In this document: piece by piece, positions 1-8,189 of the stretch
Layout of the letters: the number at the start of each line of letters is the position of its first letter
Numbering within the stretch: position 1 is the stretch's first letter
DNA from: Candidatus Heimdallarchaeota archaeon
Lineage (GTDB): Archaea > Asgardarchaeota > Heimdallarchaeia > Heimdallarchaeales > Heimdallarchaeaceae
Reading direction: 5' to 3'
Assembly (NCBI GenBank): GCA_030668825.1
Contig: DAOVET010000051.1
Location: forward strand, 1 to 16,907
Length of the DNA stretch: 16,907 nucleotides
Translations under genes and position numbers: made by a program
The notes under the pieces: generated by a model
What the model was told of the DNA's origin: nothing
Databases searched by the model: none
What the model saw: only the letters and a program-made list of their open reading frames with translations

Positions 1-998
1 ACCGTAAAGAAGATGAACAACGCCGGAAACATCGGCATCCATGGATAATATAACAACTCATTTTGCCATTTATTCAAATCGTCTCCCCAGCTTACAGCAT
101 TTGGATCTCCGAAACCGAAGAAGGCTAATGCTGCGAATAGGAAGATTGTATTTGCAATCCCTAGCGTTACGATAATGATTAGAGGTGCCAACGAGTTCGG
201 TAGGATATGCTTGAAAATAATTCTCATATCACTCGCCCCGAGTGCACGTTCCGCTTCAACGAAGTCTTGGTGCTTCAACGAGAAGAAGTTTGACCGTACG
301 ATGAGCGCTGTCATACCCCAAGTAATGAGTGCGAAGAATATCACCACTACTGCGTACCGACCTCCCGGTATATTCACGTCCTCAAAGAGCACTATAATGA
401 ATATCATCAGTATGAAGCCTGGCATTGAGTAAAGTATTTCTATAACCCTTTGTAGGATTTCATCAATAACTCCACCATAGAATCCCGCAATTGATCCTAA
501 AAATGTACCAATGATAACCGTGGTCATTTGACCAATGAAACCAAGAGCTAAGGAGACTGTTGCTCCAAAGAAAACTCGAGATAGCATATCATGACCAACT
601 CCATCAGTACCAAAAGGATGTTCAAATGATGGGGGAAGCTTAGCTAATTCAGGGAAATGGTGCCTAGGATGTTGGAACAATACTATGGGACTGTCCTTAG
701 GCATTCCAGGTAACCATAACTCAATAAAGAGGTTATTAAAACTACGTTCATTATAGGGATTTCCCCAGAGTACACCTTGCTCAGTAAGCCAGTTGTCAAA
801 CCCAAGTAAAATCCAAGATGCAAAAGCCATTAAAATCAAGAAAAGGACGATGTAAAGACCAAGCATACCCATCTTGTCTTTCTTAATACGTCGCCAGACA
901 ATAGACCATTGACCAGCTCCTTTCATGGTTTCAATTTCTCGAAGTGTTTTTTCGTCTAACAGAAATTCACCTGTTTGTTCTTGTTCTGCTGTTGCCAT
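1..998 (-). CDS. oppC: Oligopeptide/dipeptide ABC transporter permease, OppC/DppC type (3' end runs off the window)
   Basis: Absent from the ORF track because it is open at the edge. Manual translation from ATG 998 gives MATAEQEQTGEF...WSIVWRRIKKDKMGMLGLYIV...EHPFGTDGVGHDMLSRVFFGATVSL...DFVEAERALGASDMRIIFKHILPNSLAP...GFGDPNAVSWG. This shows the HPFGTD motif and EAA loop of OppC. SD-like GGTGTGA lies just upstream, and the start is 14 nt after the oppB stop. Confidence 0.93.
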   Translation of the reverse strand, partial: MATAEQEQTGEFLLDEKTLREIETMKGAGQWSIVWRRIKKDKMGMLGLYIVLFLILMAFASWILLGFDNWLTEQGVLWGNPYNERSFNNLFIELWLPGMPKDSPIVLFQHPRHHFPELAKLPPSFEHPFGTDGVGHDMLSRVFFGATVSLALGFIGQMTTVIIGTFLGSIAGFYGGVIDEILQRVIEILYSMPGFILMIFIIVLFEDVNIPGGRYAVVVIFFALITWGMTALIVRSNFFSLKHQDFVEAERALGASDMRIIFKHILPNSLAPLIIIVTLGIANTIFLFAALAFFGFGDPNAVSWGDDLNKWQNELLYYPWMPMFPALFIFFT

Positions 999-1012
999 AT
1001 GTAAATCACACC

Positions 1013-2020
1013 TTAATATTTAATCCTCGGGTCGATGAAAACGTACGTGATGTCCGTCAGAAGACGCGCTACAAGGAATAACAATGGAAAAATCGTGTTC
1101 GTAGCCATCATCATGGGATAGTCTCTGAAAAGCGCTCCTTCAAGGAAGACTGTACCTAGCCCAGGCCAACCAAACACCGCTTCTATCATTACTGATCCCG
1201 CTAGTAATCCTGGTAAAGAGTTACCAATTATTGTTACTATTGGTAGCAATCCATTTCTGAATGCGTGCTTGTAAATTACTGCTCTGTTATCCAGTCCTTT
1301 TGCTTTCGCTGTCGTTATATAATCTTGTCTTAGAATCTCTAGTAGCTGTGATCTTACCAATCTTGCCATAAATACCAGTCCACCTAGTGTTAGCGCCAGT
1401 GTTGGCAATATCAGATATTTATAGAAGTTTGGATTCAGAAACAGTGGTTTCTTGAATGCTTCTTTATTGGCTACTCCTGTAAAATTGAATAATTGAAACG
1501 ATAATAGCATCAAGAGTTTAGCTAGCCAGAACAGAGGCATTGAATACCCTAGCAGCATTGCGACCGTTAACGACCTATCCCAGAAAGAGTTTTGCCTTGT
1601 TGCTGAAACTACACCTATTGCTGTTGCGAGTAATAGCGAGAAGAAAAACGACAGTACATTGAGTACAACTGTATATACTGCTCGTTCTTTTATAATCTGC
1701 GCAATAGGTATACCTTCACCCGCTTGCGTATAGTACCAAGATTTTCCTAGGTTAAAATGAAGCAAATCATTAACAAAATCTACATATCGATTGAACCATG
1801 GGATTGTGTAATAATCTTGTCCTAAAAGCCCCATTTCTACTGCTTCTCGATTGTATGCATTATTATAACACTCTGGACTATTACATTGAAGCAATCCAAT
1901 TCTAACTATAACTGGATCTCCTGGGCTGACATTGATTAGAGTGAAATTCATCAAAGTAATTCCAAGCATAACCGGAACAATATATATGGTTCTTCTAATT
2001 ATGAATCCTTTTAATGACAT
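1013..2020 (-). CDS. oppB: Oligopeptide/dipeptide ABC transporter permease, OppB/DppB type
   Basis: N-terminal FIIRR...PGDP, LGKS, EAA-type loop DYITTAKAKGL...YKHAFRN, GSVMIEAVFGWPGLG, RDYP and C-terminal DPRIKY. It lies directly upstream of oppC. Confidence 0.93.
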   Translation of the reverse strand: MSLKGFIIRRTIYIVPVMLGITLMNFTLINVSPGDPVIVRIGLLQCNSPECYNNAYNREAVEMGLLGQDYYTIPWFNRYVDFVNDLLHFNLGKSWYYTQAGEGIPIAQIIKERAVYTVVLNVLSFFFSLLLATAIGVVSATRQNSFWDRSLTVAMLLGYSMPLFWLAKLLMLLSFQLFNFTGVANKEAFKKPLFLNPNFYKYLILPTLALTLGGLVFMARLVRSQLLEILRQDYITTAKAKGLDNRAVIYKHAFRNGLLPIVTIIGNSLPGLLAGSVMIEAVFGWPGLGTVFLEGALFRDYPMMMATNTIFPLLFLVARLLTDITYVFIDPRIKY

Positions 2021-2041
2021 ATATTTTTCTCCGCGAAGTTT

Positions 2042-2081
2042 ATACTCATAAGAGTATTAGTGAGTCACTAATTATATTTAT
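2042..2081 (-). promoter_or_regulatory. Putative oppB promoter (TATA-like) with palindromic operator(s)
   Basis: Minus-strand ATAAATATAA (2081-2072) is followed immediately by the perfect palindrome ATTAGTGA-G-TCACTAAT (2056-2072). A second inverted repeat, ATACTC-ATAA-GAGTAT (2042-2057), ends 21 nt before the oppB ATG. Confidence 0.55.
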
Positions 2082-2217
2082 GGCCAGTTTATGCATTTTT
2101 AAGTCTTATGAAGAAACTAGGGGAAATCTATATAAGTAAGGAAAGTTTCGGGTTATTTCTCAAAATTGGTCTTTTCTGCTCCCTCGCCCTCTCTTTTTGG
2201 CTTCTACTACGTTTTGC

Positions 2218-2937
2218 TTATTCTTTCAATCCTTTTGGTTCTTCATCCAAGTTTTGTTGGTCAAAAGTTATTTTTCCATCATGCATATGTAAGATTCTTT
2301 TTGCTCTTTTTGCTGCTGATAGATCATGTGTTACTAATGCTATTGATGTCCCTCTCTCCTCATTGAGTTGCTTGAACAACTCCAGTACTGTTTGTCCTGT
2401 ATTTGTGTCTAGATTTCCTGTTGGCTCATCTGCTAGAAGCAAAATAGGCTCGTTGATTAACGCTCGCATAATAGCTACTCTTTGTCTTTCTCCTGAACTT
2501 AATTCTTCTGGGAACTTATTCTGTAAATGTACTATTTCAAATTCCTTGAATATGTTGTCCACTCTTCTTTTTCTTTCTTCATATGGAACTCCATCAAAAA
2601 TCATTGGCAATTCCACATTTTCCTTTCCTGTTAACCCTTCAATTAGATTAAAAAATTGAAAAACAAATCCTAGATTCTTTCTTCTAAATTCTGTCAAATC
2701 TACAGGAGAAAAATGACTTAAATCTGTTCCATTCACTATTATCTTTCCAGTAGTTGGAATTTCCAACGTTCCAATTAGATTTAACAGAGTTGTTTTTCCA
2801 CTTCCGCTTGGTCCAACAACTGAAGTAAATTCTTCTCTATGAAATGTCAAATCCACTCCGTTTACAGCTTTTACAACACTATTCCCTACTATAAACCGTT
2901 TTGATAAATTCTCACAAACAACAATTTCTTCAGTCAT
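2218..2937 (-). CDS. ABC transporter ATP-binding protein, LolD/MacB (MJ0796)-like
   Basis: Walker A GPSGSGKTT, GFVFQFFNL Q-loop, signature variant LSSGERQRVAI, Walker B/D-loop LLLADEPTGNLD and H-switch VTHD. Confidence 0.92.
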   Translation of the reverse strand: MTEEIVVCENLSKRFIVGNSVVKAVNGVDLTFHREEFTSVVGPSGSGKTTLLNLIGTLEIPTTGKIIVNGTDLSHFSPVDLTEFRRKNLGFVFQFFNLIEGLTGKENVELPMIFDGVPYEERKRRVDNIFKEFEIVHLQNKFPEELSSGERQRVAIMRALINEPILLLADEPTGNLDTNTGQTVLELFKQLNEERGTSIALVTHDLSAAKRAKRILHMHDGKITFDQQNLDEEPKGLKE

Positions 2938-3015
2938 CTGTCTCTTTTAGACAATTAAACACTAATAAACTTGTTCAAAGACATATTATTTTATTTAACA
3001 ACAAACGTTCTTGTT

Positions 3016-4476
3016 TTAAGCTACTGGAGGTTTGAGAAAAATAGTTTCTTGTGCTGGAGCAAGATAGAGTATTTTTCCTTCTATTTTTTGACTGCCTTGC
3101 TTTGCTTTAAAAGTATAGATTAGTGTTGGAATATACAGGACATGTAGAGTAATATTTGAGAAATCTGCACTTTCAATAGTTGCTTTTTCAAGAAGCTCTT
3201 CTAGATTTTCATGTTCTAGCAACTCTAAGATGTTTTTTGAAAAATCTTCTGAGAAAGTTTCCAAAAACTTTGCATTTGCTTGTTCCAATTCCAAGCTAGT
3301 TAGAATTTCTATCCATTCCCTCAACGTTTCATCTATCTTCTTTGCATGCTCTATTTTCTTTTGTATTTCTACTTTCTTTCTCTGGAACTTTCTAACATCG
3401 TTGATTAATGCTTCTTTCTCTTCCCTTGTTATTGTCTTGTTTCTTTTCTCATCTAGCTTGAATTTCTTTGTTCTAGCATCCAACCTTCGTTGTGTTTTTT
3501 TAAGTTTAAAAAATTCTATCTGTGTTTCTTTACTCAGATTCTTTTGCTTCTTTTCAAAATCTATCATTTGCAGCTTAAGTATTTTCTTAGTTTTACTGAA
3601 ATCATCTGTGTTTTTCCAAATACCCTCTCGTTTTTCTACTATTCCAATTAACTCTTTTAAGTGCACCAGAATATCATCTTGATAATTCTGCAGATTTTTC
3701 AGTTTCTTATGATATTCATTGATAAAGTCTTTAATCAGAATAGAATCCAAATTGATGAGTTTCATCTTGTATGGTTTCTTGCTCAGGTTACTTTTTACTT
3801 TCGTATTCAGAAGTTGAGTTAGCTTAATCTGGAACCGATTAAAAGATTGATTCCATATCTCGTTTTCACTTGGAGTTAACTCTAGAACCTCTTCAGTCCC
3901 TGCAAAAAGAAGTTTAAATTGTCTATTCACACCATGTTGAATTGTTGGCAAACTGATATTCTCTAGATTAATAGGAATTATTGCTTCATAATGTCCTTCG
4001 AGTTTACAGAGTACAAATGGGAAACCATAATTTTCCTTATTTTTGATGTCTATTGATTCTATTGAAGGGATTTTACTCATAATCCTTTTTTTGATCTCAT
4101 CATCAGGCAATTCATCTTTTGCATAGTAAAAGTCTGTAACTTGAACTTCTGCTCCAGGATATAACTCTCCCAATTCTTTCTCGATCTTCACTAAATCTGG
4201 AAGCCTTTCAGCTTGAACTTCTTTTTTTTCTTCATCTGCAACTTTTGTAATACTTTCTTCTAATTGTAAGGTTTGTTTTTCGACATTTGTTACTGCTTCT
4301 ACTGCTGATTCTTTTTCAGTTACAATTTCTGAATCTTGCTGCTCAAGTGAATCCTCCTCCTCTGTTGTAGTTAATTCTTCGTTTTCTGTAATTTGGTTGA
4401 TTATATTCTCTATTTTTTTTACTAAAGAAACATAACCAGAAAGAGTTTGAGGTTTTTCTTTTGGGGATTCACTCAT
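3016..4476 (-). CDS. Hypothetical soluble protein: acidic N-terminal region, long K/E-rich coiled coil, beta-rich C-terminus
   Basis: 486-aa ORF with ATG start and K/E-rich composition. Residues ~250-430 look helical with heptad character. No family was recognised. Confidence 0.8.
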   Translation of the reverse strand: MSESPKEKPQTLSGYVSLVKKIENIINQITENEELTTTEEEDSLEQQDSEIVTEKESAVEAVTNVEKQTLQLEESITKVADEEKKEVQAERLPDLVKIEKELGELYPGAEVQVTDFYYAKDELPDDEIKKRIMSKIPSIESIDIKNKENYGFPFVLCKLEGHYEAIIPINLENISLPTIQHGVNRQFKLLFAGTEEVLELTPSENEIWNQSFNRFQIKLTQLLNTKVKSNLSKKPYKMKLINLDSILIKDFINEYHKKLKNLQNYQDDILVHLKELIGIVEKREGIWKNTDDFSKTKKILKLQMIDFEKKQKNLSKETQIEFFKLKKTQRRLDARTKKFKLDEKRNKTITREEKEALINDVRKFQRKKVEIQKKIEHAKKIDETLREWIEILTSLELEQANAKFLETFSEDFSKNILELLEHENLEELLEKATIESADFSNITLHVLYIPTLIYTFKAKQGSQKIEGKILYLAPAQETIFLKPPVA

Positions 4477-4649
4477 GTCTTATAACCAATTTATTATCAA
4501 CCTTCGAAATATTTAAACTAGTCGAAATTGCTTAATGGGAATGAATGCTCGAAACCATTGTTTTAAGGAGTTTTTTATGACAAAGATTTTCTCTAAAAAT
4601 ACCTACGTATTGCCCAGTTATATAAAGAAAATACTAGATGTAACTATAG

Positions 4650-5930
4650 GTGAGTATTATTTCTGATAAGAAATGTCCCATATGTTACTCTACATTCCCG
4701 ACAAAAGTAGTTTTTTGTCCTATTTGCGGAACAGAGTTAGAAACACAAATAGCAAAAGTTGCACCAACTACTGAATCACCGTACGATTTTCCATCAAACA
4801 ACCCCACATCTCGACCTTCTTTTAAAGATGAACCAATAGAAACTAAAACAGAGAGCGGAGATTATGTGCTAGATTCAACTCAATTTGCATGGAATGTTTC
4901 CGATTCACTTGTACCATTGAGGATGAAGGGACAAATAAGTTATAGCGATAACTTCAAACCTCCTAAATTACAACTAAGGTTTTTCAAAAACCTATCCCTT
5001 GGAGAGATGTGTCTCATTGGGACTTTAGGTGTTTTAACCTCATTAGCGTTGATTATTTTTATTAATCTATCACTGTTATTGGTGCTTGGTATTCTTCCAA
5101 TTTCATGGTCATCATTGTTGTTTACGATTCTTTCATTTTTTGCAATTACATTTCTGATTTGTGTATTTAATAGTAGAATTGCAAAAACTATAGGGAATTG
5201 GAAAGATAGTAGTTCAGAAACTAAGAATTCAAACATATTTACCTATGGTCTAATTTATCTAATTCAAATAGTTACTATTGGTGCCATATCAATAACATTT
5301 GTTGAGATATTTCAAAGAATCTCCCAAGGATCAAATCAGAATGTAGCTATCTACTTGCCCTTCTTATTAACAGCAATAGTTCTCTCTATTATATCACCCA
5401 TATTCAGAATAGCTAAAATACTATCATCTCTTCGAGAATCTAGCGTTTTTCAGAGTTTTTTGGATGCTTTCCAATTTCCAAAATATAGCCTGAAACGTAT
5501 TATTCAAAGTGGGTTGATATCCTTCTTGGTACCAGCTTCAATATTTACTGCAGGATTAAATTCATTCTCTAAGATTTTTCTTAGCATTTTTTCACCAGCT
5601 GTTGACTCAGCAGTTTCAGGTTCAGACTATGCTATCTGTAGCTTAGTCTTCCTCTTCTTTTCAGTTAGCGTAGTTGTTGGAAGTTTTGTGGATATAAATG
5701 GAATTCACTACTATGAAGGTTTGATCAAAGAATATGTGGAACCACCAAGCCTAAGTTGGATAAAGGGCAAATATTCTTCCTCTCAAACAGAAAGTAAAAA
5801 GAAAAATAGTAAAGAAACTGAATCAAGACATTTTAGTGGTGAAAGAGAAGAAAGATGTCCAGCTTGTTCTGCATTAATGATAGACGGAGCAGAATTTTGT
5901 ACTGACTGTGGAAAAAAGATTGTTATATAG
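4650..5930 (+). CDS. Polytopic membrane protein with N- and C-terminal zinc ribbons
   Basis: CPIC-x10-CPIC at the N-terminus and CPAC-x10-CTDC at the C-terminus, with about 6-7 hydrophobic segments between them. The called GTG sits inside GGTGA, so the true start may be ATT 4659. Confidence 0.85.
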   Translation: MSIISDKKCPICYSTFPTKVVFCPICGTELETQIAKVAPTTESPYDFPSNNPTSRPSFKDEPIETKTESGDYVLDSTQFAWNVSDSLVPLRMKGQISYSDNFKPPKLQLRFFKNLSLGEMCLIGTLGVLTSLALIIFINLSLLLVLGILPISWSSLLFTILSFFAITFLICVFNSRIAKTIGNWKDSSSETKNSNIFTYGLIYLIQIVTIGAISITFVEIFQRISQGSNQNVAIYLPFLLTAIVLSIISPIFRIAKILSSLRESSVFQSFLDAFQFPKYSLKRIIQSGLISFLVPASIFTAGLNSFSKIFLSIFSPAVDSAVSGSDYAICSLVFLFFSVSVVVGSFVDINGIHYYEGLIKEYVEPPSLSWIKGKYSSSQTESKKKNSKETESRHFSGEREERCPACSALMIDGAEFCTDCGKKIVI

Positions 5931-5941
5931 AGTGTAAAACT

Positions 5942-6712
5942 CTACTCCTCTTCTTGAATTTTTTCAACTATTTTCTTAATTATTGTTTGAATAGTATTTA
6001 ATCTCTCTTCAATTGTTTGTATTCTGTCCTGAAGTTCAGTGAATTCATCTCGAGAAACTGAATCTGAAGAAACTGAAACAGTTGAAACCTCTTTTGGTTT
6101 TTCATCATAATCATCAAGATCAATGATACCATTAGTTTTTGCAAAAGGCATTGCATCTTTTATGTTGTTAACTTCAAGTAATTTGTCAGCAAGAAATTCA
6201 AAAGTTTCCTGTATGTTTTGTCCAGTTAAAGCACTGGTTTCACTATAATAAAACCGAATACCTGTTTCAGTTTTCATACGATTACAAAACTCTAAAGCCA
6301 TATCACGAGAAACTCGTCTCTCTTCTTCTAAGTCGATTTTGTTGGCAATGACAATATAAACAAGAATACCATTATTTGACCCTTTGATAGCTTCATCTAA
6401 CCATTCTTTTAGATTGGTCATTGTAGTGGGATCTTGACAATCAAAAACGAGAATTCCTGCTATGGCCCCCTTATAGAAGGTACTTCGAACAACTTGATAG
6501 CTGTCTTGACCAGCTAAATCCCAGATTTGAAATGTAATCAAGTCTTCATCTTTTTGTATTTTTTTACTTGCGAAATCAGCACCAATAGTTTTGAGATAAC
6601 TGGTCTCAAACCCCTTTCCCATATATCTTTCTCGAATAGAGGTCTTACCAACTGCTCCTGGTCCTGCTAAAACTACTTTAAAATTCCATTTGCGCAAATT
6701 ATTCATCCTCAT
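5942..6712 (-). CDS. Rab-like small GTPase (Ras superfamily) with C-terminal coiled-coil extension
   Basis: G1 GPGAVGKTS, G2 KTIGADF, G3 WDLAGQ, G4 NKID and G5 ETSAL. RabF-like motifs IGADF, FQIW, FYKGA and LVFD are present. There are no C-terminal cysteines. The start overlaps the upstream stop (TAATG). Confidence 0.93.
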   Translation of the reverse strand: MRMNNLRKWNFKVVLAGPGAVGKTSIRERYMGKGFETSYLKTIGADFASKKIQKDEDLITFQIWDLAGQDSYQVVRSTFYKGAIAGILVFDCQDPTTMTNLKEWLDEAIKGSNNGILVYIVIANKIDLEEERRVSRDMALEFCNRMKTETGIRFYYSETSALTGQNIQETFEFLADKLLEVNNIKDAMPFAKTNGIIDLDDYDEKPKEVSTVSVSSDSVSRDEFTELQDRIQTIEERLNTIQTIIKKIVEKIQEEE

Positions 6713-7398
6713 TACTCTTTATACTGAGCTAATTCCTCATCTAGTTCATCTATTCTACTCTGAGCTTCTAGTAGTTTCTTCTGAAATGTTGTACCTACTT
6801 CAGTTTGAGTTATCTCAAAGTGCACTTTCGCTTCCTCAAGTTCCTTTTTCATCTTAGCTCGATCCTCATTTGCTTTTTTCATCTCTACGCTTTCTCTGAC
6901 TTCTTGAACTGCTTCTCTCATTTTCTCATCAATATCAGCTACTGATAAATCTGTTTGTGATGAAACAAGAAGTTTCATGGCATTGATTTCCTCTGCGGAT
7001 GCTTGTGGTCTTGCATCTAAAAGATCATTTACTTTCTCATTCAAAGATTTCTTATCAACTACTAAGTCAGAAATTTGAGCTTTCAGTTGTCTGTTTTCTT
7101 CAGACAACTCTGATGAGTTTGTTAATTCCAAATCTAAAGATCTTCTTAGATGTTCGAGATCCTCAGATCCTTCTCCAAACTCATTCATATATCTAACCAC
7201 TGTGATTAGATATTCTCTCACCATTGGGTGGATAATTTCCCAATATTGTACAAGTTCTCTTTCAACATCTTTCATCCTTGAATCCTTTCTTCCCGGAGGT
7301 AGTTTTGTAAAAACAGGATTGTCTACATTTGTAGTTGGATAATAGTCGGGAACATAATCATAGATAGTTTCACCTTTATACTTCTTTGGTTTGGACAT
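6712..7398 (-). CDS. Coiled-coil hypothetical protein, translationally coupled to the Rab-like GTPase
   Basis: The ORF track starts at TTG 7470, but ATG 7398 (MSKPKKYKGETIYDYVPDYYP) is more plausible because 7399-7470 is AT-rich and promoter-like. The C-terminal two-thirds is E/K/Q/L heptad-rich. Confidence 0.82.
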   Translation of the reverse strand: MSKPKKYKGETIYDYVPDYYPTTNVDNPVFTKLPPGRKDSRMKDVERELVQYWEIIHPMVREYLITVVRYMNEFGEGSEDLEHLRRSLDLELTNSSELSEENRQLKAQISDLVVDKKSLNEKVNDLLDARPQASAEEINAMKLLVSSQTDLSVADIDEKMREAVQEVRESVEMKKANEDRAKMKKELEEAKVHFEITQTEVGTTFQKKLLEAQSRIDELDEELAQYKE

Positions 7399-7478
7399 AG
7401 AATAACCCAATTTAGAGTTTTCTTTAACTAAAATAAAGATTTTGAAATGGATAAAATACTTTTCAGACAAAAAGGTTC

Positions 7479-7769
7479 TCAGTTCTTGCTTTTACTCCTA
7501 GTTTTTTTAGGAACCAATAATCGATTGACTCTAAATGCAGTACGCATATTTTTTTGATCAAAAAATATTTCGCCGATTTTAAGAAAGTTTTCTGCAATCT
7601 TTTCAATATTTTTTTCAGTATATTTTTCCTTTTCTAGTTTTTTAACTATGAAAGTTTTAATCATCTTTTTCTTCTTGCGTTTCTTTCTGGAGTACCAACT
7701 GAGTTTTATTCTAAGTGCAATACCATAATACAAAGTAGTTATTAGATTAAATATTGAAAATATGCCCAT
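7479..7769 (-). CDS. Small basic hypothetical protein with hydrophobic N-terminus
   Basis: ATG is preceded by SD-like GAGGT. An N-terminal hydrophobic stretch is followed by RKKRKKKK, and a T-tract follows the stop. Confidence 0.7.
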   Translation of the reverse strand: MGIFSIFNLITTLYYGIALRIKLSWYSRKKRKKKKMIKTFIVKKLEKEKYTEKNIEKIAENFLKIGEIFFDQKNMRTAFRVNRLLVPKKTRSKSKN

Positions 7770-7848
7770 TTTTGTACCTCAGTTGCTATTTTTTTGGAGT
7801 TTATCCCTTGTTTAAACTTGGTTAATAGGAAAGGATTTTGTTTGGTAA

Positions 7849-8169
7849 TCATTCTTTTTTCTTCAACATAGAGGCAAACCGGTCTACATTGGATGAGTAT
7901 TCACAAAGTATTTTTTCTGCTGTTGTTTTAGTAATTCCTTCATCCCTTAGTTTTTTGTAAATCTGAATTAAGGAGTCAGCAAAATTTTCCGCAACCTCGA
8001 CATTATAGACTGCTCCAAGAAGTTGATCTACTAAAGGCCCTATTTCTCCAGATAGAGCTTTAACTATATCCTTTGTTTGCGAAAAATCTTTTATTGGTTC
8101 TTTTTGTTTATCAGCTTTCAAGTCGTTAATATTCTGCTTCTTGTTCTTTCTACTTCTATTATTAGCCAC
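7849..8169 (-). CDS. Small helical hypothetical protein
   Basis: GTG start lies 4 nt after SD GGTGA. It has amphipathic helices ending in a YKKLRDEGI...AEKILCEY motif. Confidence 0.78.
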   Translation of the reverse strand: MANNRSRKNKKQNINDLKADKQKEPIKDFSQTKDIVKALSGEIGPLVDQLLGAVYNVEVAENFADSLIQIYKKLRDEGITKTTAEKILCEYSSNVDRFASMLKKKE

Positions 8170-8189
8170 AAAATCACCATTTCTGATGT

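Noticed and set aside
175-432. 85-aa plus-strand ORF
   Set aside because: It is an antisense shadow of the clearly recognisable oppC frame.
2128-2217. Purine-rich open frame continuing about 29 codons past the ATPase TAA
   Set aside because: The ATPase is already full length, and there is no evidence for readthrough or a premature stop.
2108-2659. Plus-strand ORFs of 183 aa and 66 aa (2166-2366)
   Set aside because: Both lie antisense to the ABC ATPase and show no motifs.
3230-3682. 150-aa Phe/Ser/Leu-rich plus-strand ORF that looks membranous
   Set aside because: This is the typical reverse-complement of a Lys/Glu-rich coiled-coil gene.
4940-5236. 98-aa minus-strand ORF
   Set aside because: It is a shadow inside the zinc-ribbon membrane protein gene.
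6999-7196. 65-aa plus-strand ORF
   Set aside because: It is a shadow of the coiled-coil gene.
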